A stretch of 64,000 bases of DNA from Squalus acanthias (taxonomy: Eukaryota), in assembly GCA_030390025.1 (NCBI GenBank), contig CM059438.1:69008001-69072000 (forward strand), written 5' to 3'. The notes under the pieces are model-generated. The model was not told where the DNA came from. It did no database searches and saw only the letters and a list, made by a program, of their open reading frames with translations. Made by a program: the position numbers and the translations under genes. The number at the start of each line of letters is the position of its first letter. The stretch's first letter is position 1. Of this stretch, positions 57,552 through 64,000 are shown in pieces.

Positions 57552-58879
57552 CAATCTGCACGCGCAGGAGATCGCGGCGATAAAGTTTAGCGCCGCCGCA
57601 AAATGTCTAGTTAAGTTCGCGAGCGGCGCAAACATCGCTGCGCCCGGGCGCTAGCTGCTTTGCGCCCCATTAGCGCCCTCTTAAGGCGCTAACGGGAGGC
57701 GCAACCAACTGAATTTTTCCCCCATAATTCTTAATGCAACCAGTTGAGGTAACTAAGAAGACAATGTTGCATCCGGTTGAGGTGTTCTAAATGCAAAAGA
57801 TACAAACAGAAGACCTTGGTAAGAATGGCATCAAGTGGGGGAGGCACCACCCGTCACATTGTTTTTGTGTTGAACTTGAAACACCTAAAGGAGAGACACG
57901 AGTCTGCTTGCTACCAGCTGAACTAACTGTAAGAATAGAAGGGGCCAGCAGAAAAATGACTAGAGATAATTAACTTACATCAGCAGAAAACTTCAAAGGA
58001 TACACTACTGCAAAAAGGGTATAAAAATTGAACTTTCAAATGGGAAGACAGATTCGCTGAAAGGGGCAAAGCGATTCTCAGGCTTCAGAGGCAAGCTCTG
58101 TAAGTCTTCAACTCTTTGTATTTCGGGGATCAAGGTACTTGTATTTGATATCCTGGAATAAGACTAAGAAATGTAAAAATGTAACGAAGTTAAGATTAGA
58201 GAATAAAGATCTCTGATAATAAGAATTGTAAAAGCTTTTTGTATTTGGAACTGTTAATGTTGCGATTGAAATACTTACTGTAATTACATGTCGGTTCTTT
58301 AATAAATCTATATATTTTTAGAATTGTCTCGCATAGTACTTCTGTATCAAACTCGCGAACTCAATCTCTGTACACTCTTTGGTGAGGAGTTGCAGAATTC
58401 TGGGGGAGTTTTCGGACCCTCATAATATCCGGAACATTACAGTCTAGCTAAACTTATTAAAAGTGCTATCTGGAGGACGGTAACATCTTCAGGCTGTTCC
58501 TTTCCTTTAGGGAGAGATAGTCTGGACCTTTAGACCCAATTAAGCGTCTTTAGGATTTGGCTACCTCTAACTTTAGTTGAAGGTGAACGTCTGGGGAATA
58601 CGCCTGATCCGGGGTAGACCTAAAGGGGCTAGGACTAGTAATAATCCCTTCAGTAGGAGCATTAGAACAGGAAAAGGCACAGTAACGATAGGAACTAAGG
58701 GATTGCACAAGGGTGAAAAGTAAATATTTTTGGTGTAAATATGTGTCCACTACTTTTTGATAAATTTATACTTCACTTACCATTCTTTTGTGATGTGTCT
58801 CTTAGTTCAGCTTTGCGCTGTGATATAGCCTGCTAGAGGAGTTCTGGAGTTTAAGCCATCCTGGTGTGAGGCTAGAGGT

Positions 58880-59130
58880 CTCTTTGGAGGAGGTGGCAGA
58901 GTTCTGTGACCACCTCCTTAGTGAGGCGGAGCCATCTAATACACTGCTCCTCACTTAATTGAAGGTAGGAGAAGTGCTCTCGGAATACCCTTGGAGGGTA
59001 AGGCCTCCTCGTGAGAGCCCTGATGTCCCTCCTCATCTCTCTGCGCATATGTTCCCATATTTCTCACTGCCTCCGCTCCCTCCACTGTAGATCCTGTAGG
59101 ATGAGGTGGCATGCCAGTACAGCCCCCATT
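58880..59130 (-). pseudogene. Harbinger A transposase N-terminal remnant
   Basis: RPYPPRVFREHFSYLQLSEEQCIRWLRLTKEVVTELCHLLQ, homologous to the transposase of element B. Confidence 0.82.
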
Positions 59131-60119
59131 AATGTTACCAAGTGTAGCAGTTTGAATCTTTGAAGAATAAATTTAGCTACTTTTTAGTTGTCAGAAGACT
59201 CCTGATACAAAAGAACCTTGAAATTAATGAATAAAACTGTTGCAGTGGGTGAAACGAACAAATAAAAACATTGAAATTGCACTAACCTGACAGCTGCGAG
59301 TCATTACTGATGATCCCCTTAAACAACATCCCTGGAGCCAGCTTCCTGGTGCTGCACGCCAGCTCTCCCTGTTGGTGTTTACTCACAGGTGGTGAGGTAA
59401 GTGACGAGAATCAATACAGCAAATCGGGCAGTCAGTGAGCGTTGCACACTCACTGACATTATGATCTACCTGGCGTTGACAATCCCGGCGATACCTCTTA
59501 CCGGCGGCGCTACAGGGGGGAGGCTGATTTGGCATATGGTGCTGGATTCGCCTCGCCCCGGCGATACTGCTCTTGCGCCCCATTGGTGCCATCTATATGC
59601 GCTAACAGGAGGCACTAAGGGGATTAATTTTTCCCCTTGGGTATTCTGCGGCGAGTGTCTCACCTTCTCAAAGCCTTTCCAGCATCTACACGGCACAAGT
59701 TAAGAGTGTGATGGAATACTCTGCACTTGCCTGGATGAGTGCAGCGCCAACAAAACTCAAGAAGCTCGACACCATCCAGGACAAAGCAGCCCACTTGACC
59801 AGCACACCATCCACCACCTTAAACATTCACTCCCTCCCCCACTGGCGTACTGTGGCTGCAGTGTGTACCATCTACAAGATGCACTGCAGCAACTCGCCAA
59901 GGCTTCCCAAATCCGCGACCTCTACCACCTAGAAGGACAAGGGCAGCAGGCGCATGGGAACACTATCACCTGCAAGTTCCCCTCCAAGTTATACACCATC
60001 CTGACTTGGAAATATATCAGTGTTCCTTCATCGTTGCTGGGTCAAAATACTGGAACTCCCTTCCTAACAGCACTGTGGGAGTACCTTCACCACAAGGACT
60101 GCAGCGGTTCAAGAAGGCA

Positions 60120-61201
60120 TGTATGAAATTAGGGTATCCAAAATATTTGGGTTATGTGAATAATACTGTGCTTAGATGATTGCATTAGAACTTGAGACAA
60201 AGTCTCTTCAGACTAGTATTAGAATAACTGGATAGATGCTTAGAATCTGCTTATGATTTGATTCTCTGCGGATATTAGAACATTCTGCACCGTGGCGGTG
60301 ACCTTGTTTCCAGACTAGCTGTCTGCTGTGTGTGTGCTAGAAAGGTTGTTGACTGTATCTTTGATTTGGCCAACCAAGGTCCGACGCCTATGTTTCTTCC
60401 ATTATTGCTAATAACCATATTATAAAGCTAAGTTAGGATTTTGACTTTGTTTAACAAAGCTGCTTTAAATTGCATAAGTTAATTAAGTATAATGACATAG
60501 AATAGAAGATATCTTTGGAAATTTAATGATTTATTCCATGATACAATAATTGCATGAACAGCATGAACATAAATTACTGATAACAAGCAGTTACGAATAT
60601 GTGATGGCCGAGAATGGCATATCTGGCTCCAAACGAGGGAGGATAGAGACAAGGGAGATAAGAGAAATTCCGATGGGTAGGCCTTCAAAACGTATAAACA
60701 ATAAAGCATGTGTAATGATTGTGAAGACCCCTCCTGGAGGGAGGACCTTCATCTCAAAGTTGAGACAAGGAACTCGACGTGCCATTGGGCACCTTGGTTT
60801 AGGAAGAGCCCTTACAGGTTAAATGGTCCTGTCCATATTTTACATCAGGCCCACACCTAAAAAATGGTATAAGAGAAAGACAAGAAAAGCCCTTAGCAGA
60901 GACGGTGAAGGGGAGAGAATCCAAAACTCATGCTGACCTAAGTTAACACTCTTGGAGGTTCCAGATGAGAGGGAGAAAGGCCGTAAGCCAGAGAACTGTT
61001 CACGCACGCCAGCCGTCTGTCCAATCGGGTCCGGTACCAGCTGCTTGTCACGGTGGTAGGATTTTGCTGTATAACTAGTGTGTTATATTCCATCTTAAAC
61101 TCAGATTAAACACAATATTCCCATCATATTGGTTTGCAGTCAATCCTGATTATTTGAAAGACTAGACATAAGCTAATATCAACAAATTGGCTAATCTAAC
61201 A
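60120..61201 (+). mobile_element. Solo LTR, 1082 bp
   Basis: TG…CA termini, TSD GGCA (60116-60119, 61202-61205), interrupts the LINE 3' end. Confidence 0.82.
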
Positions 61202-62048
61202 GGCAGCTCACCACCACCTTCTCAAGGGCAGTTAGGGACGGGCAAGAAATGCTGGCCTTGCCAGCGATGCCCACATCCCAGGAACGAATATATATTAAAA
61301 AGAAAACCAGCACTAACTTTATAAAATGGCATCTCCGACCATCCTAGCTTTAAACCTGCTGCAACAGCCTGCTCCTCCTTCAAAGAGAGTGAGAGGAAGA
61401 CAAAAGCTTGAACTTTGACCTCCTCCTTCAGCTCACTGTGTCCAGAATTGACTTGTTGAGAGAACAATCAAAGCTACCAACTTGAATGAGATAGTTCCAC
61501 TCCCTCCTTGCCTTGGTGTGAGTTTCAGTGCACCCACATTGCCTGTTTAGCTAAGCACCCTGCTGGTACTTCTGAATGGAAACCATTTCAACATTACCGG
61601 TATGCACCTCTTTGAAATGTGCCCATGCTCTGCATTGTCTCATCTCAAAACTTCTATGGACAACAGTTTCATTGGCTAACACATTTCTTCTTGGGGACAG
61701 CCCATCAACATCTCCAGCCATACAATTTATCAGCGAGCAGCTCTAGACATTCTGCTATCAATACAGAAAAATATGCTGCAGCGCCGGAGAATTGACGCTT
61801 TGTAACCCTGAACCTGACTTTATAACACAAACGTAATATAAATTAAACCAAAAATCTTTCAGGCCAAATAGTTAAAAATCAATGCACTATCATATATTTT
61901 TTGCAATGGTATTGTTACTGCACTGTCATGAACCATTGGAGCATTCAGTAGTGTGGTGTGTTGAAATTGCGCCATGAAGTGATAGGATTAGCACCTAAGA
62001 TGGTTCATGCAGCAAGCTCTTGATCTCAACTCTCCTGTGAAATCACTT

Positions 62049-64000
62049 AGAATCATAGAATCATAGAAAGGTTACAGCACAGAAGAAGGCCATTCGGCCC
62101 ATCGAGCCCATGCCGGCTCTCTGCAAGAGCACTTCAGCTAGTTCCACTCCCCCACCCTTTCCCCGTAGCCCTGCAAATTTCTTTCCTTCAGGTACTTATC
62201 CAATTCCCTTTTGAAAGCCGTGATTCAGGCCGTGCATTCCAGATCTTAACCACTCGCTGCGTAAAAAAGTTTTTTCTTACGTCGCCTTTGATTCTTTTGC
62301 CAATCACCTTAAATCTGTGTCCCCTGGTTCTCGACCCTTCTGCCTTCACATCCTTCCTAAAGTGTGGTGCCCAGAATTGGACACAGTACTCCAGTCGGGG
62401 CCGAACCAATGTTTCATCCAGGTTCATCATAATTTCCAAACGTTTGTACTCTATACCTCTATTCATGAAGCCCAAGATCCCATAAGCCTTTTTAACTGCT
62501 TTCTCAACCTGCCCTGCCACCTTCAATGATTTGTGCACACATACCCCCAGGTCTCTCTGTTCGTGCACCCCCTTCAGGATTGTACCATTTAGTTTATATG
62601 TCTTCTCCTCATTCTTTTGACCAAAATGTATCACTTCACACTTTTCTGCGTTAAATTTCATCTGCCATGTGTCCGCCCATTTCACCAGCTTGTCTATGTC
62701 TTCCTGAAGTCTATCACTATCTTCCTCACTGTTCACTATACTTCCAAGTTTTGTGTCATCTGCAAATTTTGAAATTGTGCCCTGTACACCCAAGTCCAAG
62801 TCATTAATATATATCAAGAAAAGCAGTGGTCCTAGAACCTACCCCTGGGGAACACAACTGTATACCTTCCTCCAGTCTCAAAAACAACCATTCACCACTA
62901 CTCTCTGTTTCCTATCAGTTAGCCAATTTCGTATCCATGCTGCCACTGCCCCTTTTATTCCATGGGCTTCAATTTTGCTGGCAAGCCTTTGTGCGCTTTG
63001 TCGAACGACTTTTGGAAATCCATGTACACTACGTCAACTGCATTATCCTCATCAACCCTTTCTGTTACCTCATCAAAGAACTCAATCAAGTTAGTTAAAA
63101 ACGATTTGCCTTTAACAAATCCTTGATGGCTTTCCTTAATTAATCCACACTTGACCAAGTGACTGTTAATTTTGTCCCTGATAACAGTTTCTAAAAGCTT
63201 CCCCACTACCAAGGTCAAACTGACTGGCCTGTAGTTGCTGGATTTATCTTTACACCCTTTTTTGAACAATGGTGTAACATTTGCAATTCTCCAGTCCTCT
63301 GGCACCACCCCTGTATCTAAGGAGGATTGGAATATTATGGCCAGTACCTCCGCGATTTCCTCCCTCAATTCCCTCAGCATCCTAGGATGCATTCCATCTG
63401 CTCCTGGTGACTTATCTACTTTAAGTACAGCCAGCCTTTCTGATATCTCCTTTTGTATTAATTTTTATCCTATCAAGTATCTCCACTACCTCCTCCTTTA
63501 CTAAGTCTATGGCAGCAACCTCTACCTTGGTGAAGACAAATGCAAAGTACTCATATAGTACCTCAGCCATACACTCTGCCTCCATACATAGGTTTCCTTT
63601 TTGGACCCTAATCGGCCCCACCCCTCCTCTTACTGACTCTTTTACTATTTATATGCCTATAGAAGACTTTTGGATTACCTTTTATGTTGGCTGCCATTCT
63701 ATTCTCATACCCTCTCTTTTCCCCTCTTATTTTCTTTTTCACTTCTCCTCTGACCTTTCTATATATAACTTGATTCTCAGATGTATTTGCAACCTTGACA
63801 TCTGTCATACACACTCTTTTTCTGCTCATCATATTCTCTATGTCTTTCATCATCCAGGGAGCCCTGACTTTAGTTGCCCTGCCTTTCCCCCTAGTGGGAA
63901 TGTACCTCAACTGTACCTGAACTATTTCCTCTTTAAAGGCAGCCCGTTGTTCCATTACAGTTCTGTCTGCCAATCTTTGATTCCAGTTTACCTGGGCCAG
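62049..64000 (-). mobile_element. Degenerate CR1 LINE, continuing beyond the window
   Basis: RT motifs in several minus-strand ORFs; (TAGAATCA)n tail complement at 62049. Confidence 0.93.

Larger units (their letters stand above)
53558..57723. mobile_element. Harbinger B, near-intact PIF/Harbinger DNA transposon
   Basis: Perfect 16-bp TIR GGGGGAAAAATTCAGT, TSD ATA/ATA, convergent Myb-like and transposase genes. Confidence 0.96.
53169..58652 (+). mobile_element. Solo LTR (about 1.3 kb) containing Harbinger B
   Basis: TG…CA termini, TSD GTAG (53165-53168, 58653-58656), TATAAAA at about 58019, AATAAA at 58301. Same family as 4441-7270. Confidence 0.87.
51014..59637. mobile_element. Harbinger A, decayed autonomous-type element
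   Basis: TIRs GGGCAAGAAATT / AATTTTTCCCCT, TSD TGG/TGG, Myb pseudogene on plus and transposase 5' remnant on minus. Confidence 0.85.
50600..61297 (+). mobile_element. CR1/L2-group LINE 3' part in three pieces (50600-51013, 59638-60119, 61202-61297)
   Basis: QFGFRQEHS, ALDIKAAFDRVWH and MEYSALAW. The pieces rejoin exactly across two insertions. Confidence 0.85.

Overview
This is repeat-dominated vertebrate genomic DNA, almost certainly from a cartilaginous fish, based on HE1-type V-SINE, SacSINE1/Deu-type SINE and shark-type CR1 LINE content. I found no recognisable host gene. Main contents: (1) a two-LTR endogenous retrovirus (8324-13577) with a tRNA-Ser PBS and 4-bp TSD; PR/RT/RNaseH are deleted and the env looks like a paramyxo/pneumovirus F-type fusogen (lokiretrovirus-like), with a perfect 61-bp inverted repeat inside it; (2) a near-intact full-length CR1 LINE (about 18586-23233) with a 76-bp CpG-rich 5' tandem array and a U_UUA_AAC -1 slippery site joining ORF1 to an ATG-less ORF2; (3) a four-level nest LINE > Harbinger A > solo LTR > near-intact Harbinger B, the last carrying a transposase and a three-exon Myb/SANT gene; (4) many Harbinger-type non-autonomous elements carrying hairpins, an E-box/CCAAT module and co-oriented splice donors; (5) Penelope fragments with minimal hammerhead ribozymes; (6) several solo LTRs, SINEs (one resembling LF-SINE) and CR1 fragments. 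Family names come from recalled motifs, not database searches.
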